A stretch of 36,660 nt of DNA. Source: an uncultured archaeon. Its GTDB lineage: Archaea; Altiarchaeota; Altiarchaeia; IMC4; SCGC-AAA252-I15. The stretch covers positions 1-36,660 of the forward strand of contig CABMCB010000038.1 of assembly GCA_902384455.1 (NCBI GenBank). The letters are read 5' to 3'. The number at the start of each line of letters is the position of its first letter. The first letter of the stretch is position 1. Positions 1 through 9,095 of this stretch are shown piece after piece. The notes beneath the pieces were generated by a model, which was not told the DNA's origin, searched no databases, and saw only the letters and a list, made by a program, of their open reading frames with translations. A program made the translations under genes and the position numbers.

Positions 1-2137
1 AGAGCCCGCTCTGGGAAAAACTAACGCTCGTGTTTTGCCCAAGTTGAGTCGGCGGAGTAGTGTTATTCGGAAGGTCCAAACTAAAAAGGCGACGACCTGT
101 GACGAGCGGCATACCGGACGCCGGTGTGGACGACCCATTGATAGTAACAGGGAAAAGCGCACTCGCGCAGTGATTGGCGAATACCGGGTGAGACATCGTG
201 TCCAAAATCGTATTCTTGATGTTAACCCAACCGCCTTCTCCGCCTCCCGTGTAAGACACGGTAATCATTGGCGTGATGCCGCCCTGTTCTTCTTGGCCTT
301 GATTGAAATCCAGAGAGAAGCCCGAAGGATTCGGGCCGAAAAACAATCCCCTGCGACTCATGGGGATGTATCGGAATAGCAACTCCGCATTGTTTTTGCA
401 GATATAGAGCGGGGTTGCCGTCGAACCGTCAACCTGATTGGGGCCGCTCGAAAACAGGGTGTTTGTCCAAGTCTCCCCGAATCCCCCCGCGATATATGGG
501 CTGAATCGGTAATAGCTAACGCCCATATAATCGCTGTTGTCTCCGCCCGTAAAATTGATGTCGGAATAAATAAAGGAACCCAGTCCAGCCACAAACACGC
601 AGAGATAAGCATTCCCGTTAGGGATGAACGTAACGCCACGAATGGGGCCGGTCCCGTACATTCCGGGATTAGCTGTATTCGTGAAAATCTGAGTATGCGA
701 CTCGGCACCAAACGACGGGATAGATTGCGTGGGGCTGTTTATCAGCATCTCCCCGTGCCATGACCCGAAGTTCGTCAGCGTGTCGCCAAGATACAGCGCA
801 CCGCACTGCAATACAGCCGCGCCTGAAAGGTCCAGATACGTCTGCGTTGCAAAAACCTCGGTTGCTCCGGGCGACTGTATGGCAGCGGGGATAAACAGCA
901 TCCCTCCACCACCGGAAGAGGACATTACCGCAGATGCTGCTTTCGCAATGGTCGGTGCGTTGTCGAGCTTTATGGTCGCGCTACCGCTAGCTCCGGCGGT
1001 TGCGGCCAGTACCAAAGATGTTGTCCCTGCACCGGAAACAATCGTGGTTGCAAGGTGATTGTTGGTAGCTGCGACAGGGGGCGTTGTCGGAACCCACGAC
1101 GGAAGAAAAATGTTATTCATCATGGGCGACCCAAAGTCGCACCACACCAAATAGGTGGCATCGTCCGAATTGGCTGCGATGATGGGAAGGCTAACGCCAA
1201 GCAGCGTCCAGCTTCCAGTGGTGCGCCCATAAATATACGCTTGCCATGCGCCCGCACTGGGGGTTGGCAGGGTGATTTTGTTGCAGTTGAACCAAACCGC
1301 CGTTCCCCCGGTCGCTGAAACTGCCCCACCCAATCGGGTATCCATGCCATTTGTGAATGTAAAATGCGTCGCGTCGGGAACAGTATCTACGATAGGCCAG
1401 CCGCCAAAGTTGGGGTTGTCCGAAGTCCCGTAAATGTAGACCATCGAGCCCGCAGAAAGGCCGTGAGCGCTAGACGTTGTAACCGTGACCACCTGCGTGG
1501 AAGTGTTGCGGGAAAAGCTGGTGATGGCAACAGACTGAGACCCGAGCGCCGCTGACCCCGTGACCGTGGTTCCCTCGGGTGAAGCCGCCGTCATTCCTCC
1601 GGCGGTATTACGCCAGATAATTTTGTATGAATACGCGGTAGCGCCAGCCGGGGCATTTACGACGTAGCCCGTTCCCGTCATTGTCGCGGCCACGGACGGC
1701 GTTACGGTGGGAGCAGCAGGCGTGGTCATGGCGTGAGCTGCACCCGCGCCAAATATCGCCACCCCGTCACCATTTTGGAATGTGCTCGCAACTGACAGTG
1801 AAACGTTGGCCGACCCGGAAGTGGTTGTAGCGGTTGCCGTGGGTACTAAAACGTGGGGGGTCGCACGAGCGCCAAAATAACGAACGTCCACAAACGGATT
1901 TGGGCCTTTAAACTGCGTGTCTCCACCAATTACTGCGCCGGAGTTGCCGGTGATGGTTCCTGCTGGCCCGGGTGCTCCGGGAGCACCGGGAGTTCCGGGG
2001 GTGAGAAGAGAACCAAAGGGCGTGCCGGTACTATCTATTCCGCCTAATCTCGCTCCCGATGAACTCTTAATCTGTAGAATGTCATCGCCTGCTTCAACTT
2101 GCCAATCGTTCGATGTTCTGTTTGTGGGTGATGTCAT
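1..2137 (-). CDS. Putative tail fibre/spike or large virion surface protein; 3' end runs off the window (>710 aa)
   Basis: Absent from the ORF track because it has no stop in the window. ATG at 2137 (MTSPTNRTSNDWQVEAGDDILQIK...), short GxP repeat, VDVRYFGA motif typical of tailspike necks, Thr/Ser/Gly/Ala-rich; frame read as open to position 2. Confidence 0.75.
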   Translation of the reverse strand, partial: MTSPTNRTSNDWQVEAGDDILQIKSSSGARLGGIDSTGTPFGSLLTPGTPGAPGAPGPAGTITGNSGAVIGGDTQFKGPNPFVDVRYFGARATPHVLVPTATATTTSGSANVSLSVASTFQNGDGVAIFGAGAAHAMTTPAAPTVTPSVAATMTGTGYVVNAPAGATAYSYKIIWRNTAGGMTAASPEGTTVTGSAALGSQSVAITSFSRNTSTQVVTVTTSSAHGLSAGSMVYIYGTSDNPNFGGWPIVDTVPDATHFTFTNGMDTRLGGAVSATGGTAVWFNCNKITLPTPSAGAWQAYIYGRTTGSWTLLGVSLPIIAANSDDATYLVWCDFGSPMMNNIFLPSWVPTTPPVAATNNHLATTIVSGAGTTSLVLAATAGASGSATIKLDNAPTIAKAASAVMSSSGGGGMLFIPAAIQSPGATEVFATQTYLDLSGAAVLQCGALYLGDTLTNFGSWHGEMLINSPTQSIPSFGAESHTQIFTNTANPGMYGTGPIRGVTFIPNGNAYLCVFVAGLGSFIYSDINFTGGDNSDYMGVSYYRFSPYIAGGFGETWTNTLFSSGPNQVDGSTATPLYICKNNAELLFRYIPMSRRGLFFGPNPSGFSLDFNQGQEEQGGITPMITVSYTGGGEGGWVNIKNTILDTMSHPVFANHCASALFPVTINGSSTPASGMPLVTGRRLFSLDLPNNTTPPTQLGQNTSVSFSQSGL

Positions 2138-2191
2138 TTAGGATTATTTCTCGCCGGGAAGGGAATGAACTATTGAACACAATGCTACAAC

Positions 2192-2222
2192 AAAAAGAGA
2201 AGGGGCCGGTTGCCCAGCCCCC
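2192..2222 (-). terminator. Rho-independent terminator
   Basis: GGGGCTGG-GCAA-CCGGCCCC hairpin followed by TTCTCTTTTT just after the 2229 stop. Confidence 0.75.
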
Positions 2223-2228
2223 GAATAA

Positions 2229-2816
2229 TTAAATCTGCATGTTGGGTACAGCAAGACCCTCTGCCGTCTTCGGCGTTACGCCAGCTACTACGCCGCCAAA
2301 ACGCTCTGATGACGAGGGCTTGTTCGACGAGTCTTCCGCCATCTCTAAAGCGCGACCCCAACCAATCTTTGTCCAGTTCGGAACTTTCATACCGTTAATG
2401 TCCAAATATTCGTCGGTGTCCTTCGGCTTCCACTTAGCACCGCACAACTGACACTTGATAACTTGTGCCCCATTTGTGAACGTGTGCAAGTAAACTGCTG
2501 GGTCCTTCTGTTGCCCGCGCTGACGACCGCGTCCGCCCTTCAAGTGTCGGCACGCCTTTTGCGTTTCTATCTTGGCGACGGTATAGTTGTCGGAGTCACG
2601 GCGGCGCTGTTCGTCGCGAGCCTTGAGCGACTCCTCAAGTGCGAGTTCCTTCGCGGCGATACGCGCTTCCTTGGCCATCATGACGGCGAACAGCGCGGTG
2701 AACTGCTCGCCGCTAATTGTTCCGGTCTTGGATGCGGCAACCAGCAACGAGTTCACGTCGCTTTCAGCCGATGCTGCGATGGCCTTTACAGCTTTCACTT
2801 CTTTTACTTCGCTCAT
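2229..2816 (-). CDS. Hypothetical protein (coiled coil plus Cys/His Zn-binding motif)
   Basis: ORF track 2229-2849; better start at ATG 2816 after AAGGTG; CRHLKGG...HTF...CQLCG. Confidence 0.7.
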   Translation of the reverse strand: MSEVKEVKAVKAIAASAESDVNSLLVAASKTGTISGEQFTALFAVMMAKEARIAAKELALEESLKARDEQRRRDSDNYTVAKIETQKACRHLKGGRGRQRGQQKDPAVYLHTFTNGAQVIKCQLCGAKWKPKDTDEYLDINGMKVPNWTKIGWGRALEMAEDSSNKPSSSERFGGVVAGVTPKTAEGLAVPNMQI

Positions 2817-2880
2817 AGTACACCTTAAAGGTTGGCAAGATTTCTTCAACCGCCCTGTTTTAGCCCGGGGTCAGGCGTAT

Positions 2881-3621
2881 TTAATCAGACAGACCACGCT
2901 CGTCCTCGTCTTCGTAGCGACGCCCGTTGCGCTTCTCCCACAAACTTCGGAAGTATCTAGCTGAAATCGTGTTTGGCGACGGCACGCCAAAAATCTGGTG
3001 GCATTGCTGCTCAGTAATGATTTCTTTCTCGACGAGCTGCACAGCGACCGTGCGCCAGCCTCGGAACTTCTCCCCGCTCGGAATGCCGTGGTCGTCGAGC
3101 CTTAAAATCGACCACTCGTACATCGCCGGAACTTGAATAAAACAAACATAGCGGAGTTTGTCCGTGCGATTCGGCGGCACACACCAAAGACCCAACGTGC
3201 CTTTCAAGCCGTTATCCATCACGGTACATTTAATGCCGTTTGTCTTCAATTTCTTTATGAACTCGATAGTGGAAACAGGATTGACCTTACGCGCCGCCTC
3301 GTTGGTCAGCATCTCTTGGTCATTCCACTTATACTGAGCCGCCATGCGGTCAGAATTTTCTTTTTCGGCGGCGAAACACTCCTTCGCGTACGCCTTATAT
3401 TCATGCGGCCACTTCACCCAGTTAGGTGTGCCGCCCGCCAGCATCTGTTGAATGGCCTCGCTGGTCGCTGCTACATCGTGGTGCTCGTTGAACGCGTTCT
3501 CTAGCGGTTTGTATTCCGGGTTGATACTCCAATCTGCGCCCGCTCCCGGCCCCGCAATAGCTGCTTCTCTGTCGGTGTGACTAGTTGTCGCCGTGCTGCC
3601 GGACGGCAGAATAATGCTCAT
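2881..3621 (-). CDS. Hypothetical phage protein (246 aa)
   Basis: AAGGA RBS; start overlaps the upstream stop (ATGA coupling). Confidence 0.75.
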   Translation of the reverse strand: MSIILPSGSTATTSHTDREAAIAGPGAGADWSINPEYKPLENAFNEHHDVAATSEAIQQMLAGGTPNWVKWPHEYKAYAKECFAAEKENSDRMAAQYKWNDQEMLTNEAARKVNPVSTIEFIKKLKTNGIKCTVMDNGLKGTLGLWCVPPNRTDKLRYVCFIQVPAMYEWSILRLDDHGIPSGEKFRGWRTVAVQLVEKEIITEQQCHQIFGVPSPNTISARYFRSLWEKRNGRRYEDEDERGLSD

Positions 3622-4205
3622 TGATATTGTCCTTTTTGGTATTCAGTAACTCTATTGCAATGCCTTAAAAAGATTTCTACATCAAACTTGTTTTTCATCC
3701 AGTTGCATAGCTTACAACAACTAACAGAGTTCTCATCTGTGTAGCCGAGTGAATTGTTCTTCCTATCCACGCCGCTGTAAGTATAGCCGTCTCTTAAGTT
3801 TTCTCTGTCGAACGCGGTCTTGTATGGCTGACTAGGACTCATGCCGCAATAAAAGCAGCAACCTTGAGTCAACTCGCGGAATTTTTCTTTCGTGATGTTA
3901 AATGCAATATTTCGCTTCTCGGAGGAGCATCTGTAGGAGGCAAAAAGAAGATTAAAGGCGGCCTCTCCGTCCGGGAGTAAACGGCTCTCTTGCATCCTCG
4001 CCGCTTTCAACTGGTTAGCTTCTCTCCGTAAACAACCACAACTTTGCTTCTTATGTCGCCGGAGGTCCTTGCCCATCGCCATACAAACGGTTCCGCAATC
4101 ACAAACGCATACCCAGTATGCTCTGCTATGCCGAGATTTTGCAGACGATAAAACCAACAAACGACCAAATTTTTGCCCGATTAAATCAACTTTATTGTAG
4201 CTCAT
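3618..4205 (-). CDS. Free-standing HNH-type homing endonuclease
   Basis: GQKFGRLLV...WVCVCDCG...SCGC N-terminal domain; CFYCG...GVDRKNNSLGYTDENSVSCCKLCN nuclease motif; start ATG 4205 after GGAGAG. Confidence 0.85.
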   Translation of the reverse strand: MSYNKVDLIGQKFGRLLVLSSAKSRHSRAYWVCVCDCGTVCMAMGKDLRRHKKQSCGCLRREANQLKAARMQESRLLPDGEAAFNLLFASYRCSSEKRNIAFNITKEKFRELTQGCCFYCGMSPSQPYKTAFDRENLRDGYTYSGVDRKNNSLGYTDENSVSCCKLCNWMKNKFDVEIFLRHCNRVTEYQKGQYQ

Positions 4206-4301
4206 CTTCTCTCCATGAAAGAGGGAGTAGAGGGTGTGTTCATGGCACACCCTCTCACTCTAAATCTTAACACGGGTTGCAACCCGTATCAAGAGATTTG
4301 T

Positions 4302-7273
4302 TTATTGAATTGCGGGAACTGAGTCGATATAGCGAATACGCTGAGTGTTCGTTCCGGTTGCAGGCGGAAGAGTTACCGTCTGGTGGAACTTGTAAGAACA
4401 CCAGCCGCCGATGGTCGAAACTGGGTCAAACGATGAAGCAGGCGCGTCTGTTACAACGCGGCAATCGCACTTTTGTTACTAGGGTAGGTCATTTCTGCCT
4501 ACCTCTTACGGTTTATTTCCCGTAAGGTCGGACTATCGCACGCCCCACAGGGGCTCGTTTCATTTAGTCTCTCACGGTCTCGTTATCGAGTTCCGCCTTG
4601 TTCCCGTCTCAGGGTTCAAGCCAATTAGAAACGATTTTCTAGCAAAATCTTTCGATTAAGCCGCCACCTTATTGATGGTCTTCCAGTCGCCCTCGTCGAG
4701 GTCGGTGTCTCCCGGCACTTGCAGCCACACACCAATCATGGCATAGTTGCCGAATACGTAGGTGCGGTATCCGATTTTGCCGGTCGATGCGTAGTTTGCC
4801 GTCGTGGTTACGAACGGGGTCTGCATGAAGCCGATGTTCGTGCCCGGTAGCATGATGACCTTGTTCTGGTCAGAGCCTGCCATCGCGTCGAACTTCTCCA
4901 TGTTCTCGTTCTTCCACAAGTCAACGATGCTGTTGTTCACAGTCGTGGCGTTGTAGAGGTCGCCCAACACGTTCGGGCTGATTGCGCCCAAGAACATCCC
5001 GCGCTTACACGGCAACACGTTCTTTGAAACAAGCTGCTGCTTCAATTCACGGATGGTGCCGAGGTCAAGCGTGTACGGAGATGCCAGCAAGCTGCTCTGG
5101 TTAACCTGACCGTCAACGGTTGACGCGCTGTCGGCTACGGCACTGTACAGTTCTGAAATCGACTGGCCAGCCTGATAGCCTAGCTCAACTGCGCTGTTTC
5201 CCACCAATTCGTCAATAGCCGAAGCGATTGCGAAAGATGAGAAGTTCGCGTAATTGCTGTGTGTTTATGGATTTCTACGTCTTCGTAGAATCGCTCTTAC
5301 TGTCACCAGTAAGTTCAGACTGTGTCTTTACTCCGGGAGGAGTACTCAACATGTCAGTCGTTGCGGAACCTTTTTCGATGCTATTTAAAAGATTTTTTGC
5401 TTGCTCTTTTTTAAGAAGCAAGTGCGGTACCAAGTCGAGAAGAAATTCTTTCTTATTTTTCTTTCCTGATAGTCGCCATCTAAAGTATGTTTTTCCTCCG
5501 TTCATAGAACGTTGGTCGAACCGACCGCCAAAGCACATCAGAAACCAACGCATAAGAATAAGTCTCTTTTGCGTCAGTTCTACGCTTTGTCCGATTGAGC
5601 CGTCTCCATCAAATACGCCTGCTGCAAAAGCAGACATTTCCGAGGGAGTTAACTTTACTAGATTTTCTTTTCTATCTTTTTCTAAATCCCCAACTTTAGC
5701 GGCTTTCATTTCTTCCGCTATTTGAAGTTTTCTATCTTTGTTCCAGCCAGTCATCCTAACGAACTCAAGAGCCAAGACGGCCTCTTGTTTTTTCGCTACA
5801 ATGTGAGGCAGAACCCCAAGAAGAAAGGCTTCTTGATTCTGTTTACCGAACATGAACCAAAAGTAGATGTCTGGCGAGTCTTTGGTTGAAAAACCCCGCT
5901 GATTTTTTCTTCGGTAGAACTTCCCGCCGAAGTTAGACGACAGCCACTTCATTAGCCTGATGTCGGTATTGGAGATTGTGATTTGAAGGCTCATTCCGGT
6001 GATGCCGTTTGGGCGGCGGTCAACCGCTATTTGGAACGTACCTTCTGCATCGAGCATTCCGGCCACATACGGCCACGCTTTCTTTTCCATTAAGGTTTCC
6101 TCAAACTCGTCTTTAATGCTAGCACATCACGTGCCAGAAGTCAAGAGGTAATTTGATATAGTTGAGTTTTAAGTGGAACAATTAATTTTTCCACTCACCA
6201 ATCTGGGCCGGAGCCGAGATTTGGCTGATTGCTTCCGGGTTGCCCACGGTGCCGTCAGCGTTCTGTACAACGTCGCCCGAAAGCGTGTTGTACTGGAAGA
6301 ACGTGCGATTCACGCCCATGTGAAGGCCTTGAACGCGACGCTCTGCCGCACCAACGAATGCGTTGGTGTTGCCTTTAAGGTTCGTCTTGTTACCCTGACG
6401 CACTCAGGGGATTGCTCATTTCTGGCAATCTCTAACAGTTTAGTCTTTCTGTTAGACCGGACTATTACATCGCCTTTCGGCGTCCTCTCGGTTAGTCTCT
6501 CACGGCGCTTTTCGCTTCCGCCTCGTTGCCCCCGAATTGACTGGGTTTCGAGTCCATTAGAGAAGATTTTTCACTTATTTCAGTGCCCCTCATCATGTAT
6601 CCGATTATTTTTTGAAACTCCTCTGCTGTGCCGTTCATTTTCAAACGATTGGCTCGCCATGATATGAAACACAAATTCCCTTTGTACTTTCTTAGATAGG
6701 GGAGGTTTGGGTTCATTCTATCGATGGACGGGGCGTGGTCGTGTTTCCACAAACTGCCTTTTTGAAGTTTTTCAAATCTAGTTCCAAACACCGGACAAAA
6801 ATCTCCCACTGCTGGGAGGTCCGATAGTTCGAGGTCTGATTCATATCCTCGTTCTCGGCATCGATTTTGTATCGATTTCCATGCGCGGTATTTTACTAGA
6901 TGCTCGGTATCAGAACCTCTGGAATATCCTCCGTGAGTTCTGTTTGCTAAGCCTTTTTGTTTTGTGGTCTCTTTAAACAGGCATCCGCATGACTGCGTCT
7001 TACCTGCTTTAAGGTCTATGCCCAGAACTGATTTCTCATTTCCACACACACACCGACACAACCACTTTGAAAACACTGCGCCGCTAGGCATAACAGCATT
7101 TTCTAAACGCTTAACAACAAATAATCTTCCGAATATTTGACCCTCAAACTTATGGGCTTTCTTTTGCATGATGTTTTCCTTGGAAATTAAGGGATTAGTT
7201 CTTTGTCGAAGATAATCGCCTGTGCTGTAAGGACGTTTGATACGTTATTTCCTGATGGATTTGGTCCGCTCAT
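4302..7273 (-). CDS. Major capsid protein, spliced from exons 7273-7190, 6382-6189, 5256-4675, 4467-4302 (341 aa)
   Basis: Exon lengths 84+194+582+166=1026 nt keep one frame (junctions ELIP|NLKG, EW-N-NYANF, KT-I-DCRV). Lies after portal and scaffold; sequence pattern resembles N4-gp56-like HK97-fold capsids (inference). Confidence 0.85.
4468..4674 (-). ncRNA. Group I intron 3 of the capsid gene (207 nt, no ORF)
   Basis: 5' exon ends CCAU pairing with IGS GUGG (U.G at the splice site); P7 strands GAGACUA and UAGUCC; terminal G; removal restores the frame. Confidence 0.88.
5275..6090 (-). CDS. Double-motif LAGLIDADG homing endonuclease (intron-encoded)
   Basis: YVAGMLDAEGTF and FAAGVFDGDGSI motifs; C-terminus runs into the intron core. 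Confidence 0.92.
   Translation of the reverse strand: MEKKAWPYVAGMLDAEGTFQIAVDRRPNGITGMSLQITISNTDIRLMKWLSSNFGGKFYRRKNQRGFSTKDSPDIYFWFMFGKQNQEAFLLGVLPHIVAKKQEAVLALEFVRMTGWNKDRKLQIAEEMKAAKVGDLEKDRKENLVKLTPSEMSAFAAGVFDGDGSIGQSVELTQKRLILMRWFLMCFGGRFDQRSMNGGKTYFRWRLSGKKNKKEFLLDLVPHLLLKKEQAKNLLNSIEKGSATTDMLSTPPGVKTQSELTGDSKSDSTKT
6116..6144 (-). promoter_or_regulatory. Intron-internal sigma70-type promoter for the LAGLIDADG gene
   Basis: TTGACT-17 bp-TAGCAT about 26 nt upstream of ATG 6090. Confidence 0.6.
6383..7189 (-). mobile_element. Group I intron 1 of the capsid gene, carrying an HNH-type endonuclease
   Basis: CCCU|UAA 5' site, candidate IGS AGGGG near 6590, GAGACUA/UAGUCC P7, terminal G; core is clearly similar to intron 3 (CCGTGAGAGACTAA, ATAGTCCG, AGAAATGA, GTAACAA). 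Confidence 0.88.
6492..7169 (-). CDS. Intron-encoded HNH-type homing endonuclease
   Basis: GQIFGRLFV...WLCRCVCG...SCGC; CPVFG...PSIDRMNP...GNLCFISWRANRLK. Confidence 0.88.
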   Translation of the reverse strand: MQKKAHKFEGQIFGRLFVVKRLENAVMPSGAVFSKWLCRCVCGNEKSVLGIDLKAGKTQSCGCLFKETTKQKGLANRTHGGYSRGSDTEHLVKYRAWKSIQNRCRERGYESDLELSDLPAVGDFCPVFGTRFEKLQKGSLWKHDHAPSIDRMNPNLPYLRKYKGNLCFISWRANRLKMNGTAEEFQKIIGYMMRGTEISEKSSLMDSKPSQFGGNEAEAKSAVRD

Positions 7274-7326
7274 TGCGGTTACTCAAAAGTCGTAAACTCC
7301 CGCCGGAGGCGGGGTGCATAAAACTG

Positions 7327-8628
7327 CTACTGGACCTTGATGCCGTAGGCTACTAGTTGCTTAACGAACTGAGGGTCGTTCTTCAACTTAGCCTTCATTA
7401 CTTCCGGCGTCATGGCCTTCACAGTCTTTAGAAATGCCTTTCTATCAAGTGCTGGGTCAGGCGTTCCCGGACGTTGTGCGCTCAACGTACCCGGGGCGAT
7501 AGCCCCATTCACTCCCGGACGACGGGTACCCTGCGGATTTGCCGCTGGTACAGGCGTCGGAGCCGTTGCTACAGCCGCAGGCTGACTAATCGCTGCTGAC
7601 TGCGCGGGTGTTGCTGGTTCCAACACCACTTCTACCGCTGGCGGGAGTACCGCTGCGGAAGCCGCTGGTGCTGGTGCCGCCGCTGGCGTGATTGGCGCTG
7701 CGGCTGCTGGTACTGATGCCGTCGTTCCTTCGAACGGGGCAAGTTTATCTCCTTGTTCCAAGAGGTCGGTGAATGCCGCCTCCAAGTTATCCAAGGTAAA
7801 ATCCATTTGGTTCGTTGTCAAGTACTCAACCAACGCCTCGTAATTTGCTTGGCATGGGTTGTAGTCACGAACGTGACGGCGCAAAAACTTTGCGGTGATG
7901 ACTTGTCCTTCCGCATATTCCTTGCGCTGCTGAATGTCGAGTTCCTGCTGAGCAAAGTCGGTTTTAAGAATTGAGCGAACAATTTCTTCTGCGCTCTTCG
8001 CGTCCTTTGCTTCCAACGCTTTCGATGCCGCTTCCTGAATTTGCGCCGGAGTCAACAACATCTTCGGCTCCTCGTTCTTGAAGGTAAGCTTCTGCTTCTT
8101 CAAACGATGAAAAGCCTGCGTGGCAAACTTGTGTGCGTCTCGCTGCTTAATAATGAGTCCCGAAAGCGTCGGAGACTCAAGATGAGTTGGACGGCCAATG
8201 GGCTGATTGTTATCATCAGCCACTTGATAATCTTGAATGTAGCGGAGAATCTTCCCGCTCGGGTCCTTTACGAGCGCGATACCCGCTTCTGCGAGTTCCG
8301 CCTCATGCTGCGACACAACAGGCGCTGCCGGAGCCGCTGGCTCCGTAATTGGCGCGGATGACGCTGCAACCGGTGCAGTATCTGCCATATCTGCGGCTTG
8401 TCGTGCGAGTTCTTCTGTGGTCGGCGGGATGGTTGCCTCGCCAGCAGTTACTGCGGCCTCTCTGGCAACAATCTCGTTATTCGCCGCGAGCATCAACTCA
8501 GAGACATAAGACACGACTTGTCTGTCTCGAAGAAGATTCTGCATCTCTTGGCTCGTCGCCGGATTCTTGATGGCTTCCTTAATTGCTGAATAGTCCATTT
8601 GCAGGACTTGGTCTTTCGTGATTGCCAT
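7327..8628 (-). CDS. Probable capsid scaffolding protein
   Basis: 433 aa, helical with Ala/Pro-rich linkers, directly upstream of the capsid gene; call is positional. Confidence 0.6.
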   Translation of the reverse strand: MAITKDQVLQMDYSAIKEAIKNPATSQEMQNLLRDRQVVSYVSELMLAANNEIVAREAAVTAGEATIPPTTEELARQAADMADTAPVAASSAPITEPAAPAAPVVSQHEAELAEAGIALVKDPSGKILRYIQDYQVADDNNQPIGRPTHLESPTLSGLIIKQRDAHKFATQAFHRLKKQKLTFKNEEPKMLLTPAQIQEAASKALEAKDAKSAEEIVRSILKTDFAQQELDIQQRKEYAEGQVITAKFLRRHVRDYNPCQANYEALVEYLTTNQMDFTLDNLEAAFTDLLEQGDKLAPFEGTTASVPAAAAPITPAAAPAPAASAAVLPPAVEVVLEPATPAQSAAISQPAAVATAPTPVPAANPQGTRRPGVNGAIAPGTLSAQRPGTPDPALDRKAFLKTVKAMTPEVMKAKLKNDPQFVKQLVAYGIKVQ

Positions 8629-8650
8629 TGTTGTTGTCCTTATTTGATTC

Positions 8651-9019
8651 TTACTGCTGTTCCTTTTCAGGAATTGGATTGCCGGGTACTACCATCTGGA
8701 AACGCTTCGGCGGTTCGTAGACCAGAGAAGGATTTTCTTGTTCCTTCAATCGGTCCATCGCAATTTTGCGGTGGGCCTTAACAGACTGAATCAGGTCGTT
8801 GGAAAACTTATTGAGAGTACGAGCATGCGCTTGAAGGGCTGCAACCTTGCGCTCATATCCTTCCTCTACCGGGTCCAATCTAATACAAGCCTCTGTCGCA
8901 TTGCGGCATGACTCACTTAACAACCGAACGAGGATGTTCCACCCCGGCTGATTAGTAAGCTGCGCTAACTCCACTCGCTCGTCTACTGTCAATGTTTTTT
9001 CGCCTAGAAAATCTGCCAT
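8651..9019 (-). CDS. Hypothetical protein between portal and scaffold
   Basis: AAGGA RBS, 122 aa, helical. Confidence 0.7.
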   Translation of the reverse strand: MADFLGEKTLTVDERVELAQLTNQPGWNILVRLLSESCRNATEACIRLDPVEEGYERKVAALQAHARTLNKFSNDLIQSVKAHRKIAMDRLKEQENPSLVYEPPKRFQMVVPGNPIPEKEQQ

Positions 9020-9095
9020 TGAGTGTTCCTTTGTTTCGGTGGAAGGGCGGGTCTTTCATCCGTAGGATGTTTTTCCCGCCCACTCCGAAGATTGG

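Larger units (their letters stand above)
5257..6188 (-). mobile_element. Group I intron 2 of the capsid gene, carrying a LAGLIDADG endonuclease
   Basis: P3 CUCAAC/GUUGAG, R element GCAACGACUGA, S element AAGACACAGUC, P9 hairpins, terminal G; IGS AUUGUUCCAC complementary to the ligated exons GUGGAA|CAAU. Confidence 0.85.

Noticed and set aside
4656-6403. ORFs 4656-5207 and 6182-6403 as independent genes
   Set aside because: They are capsid exons 3 and 2 with intron-derived ends or internal starts.
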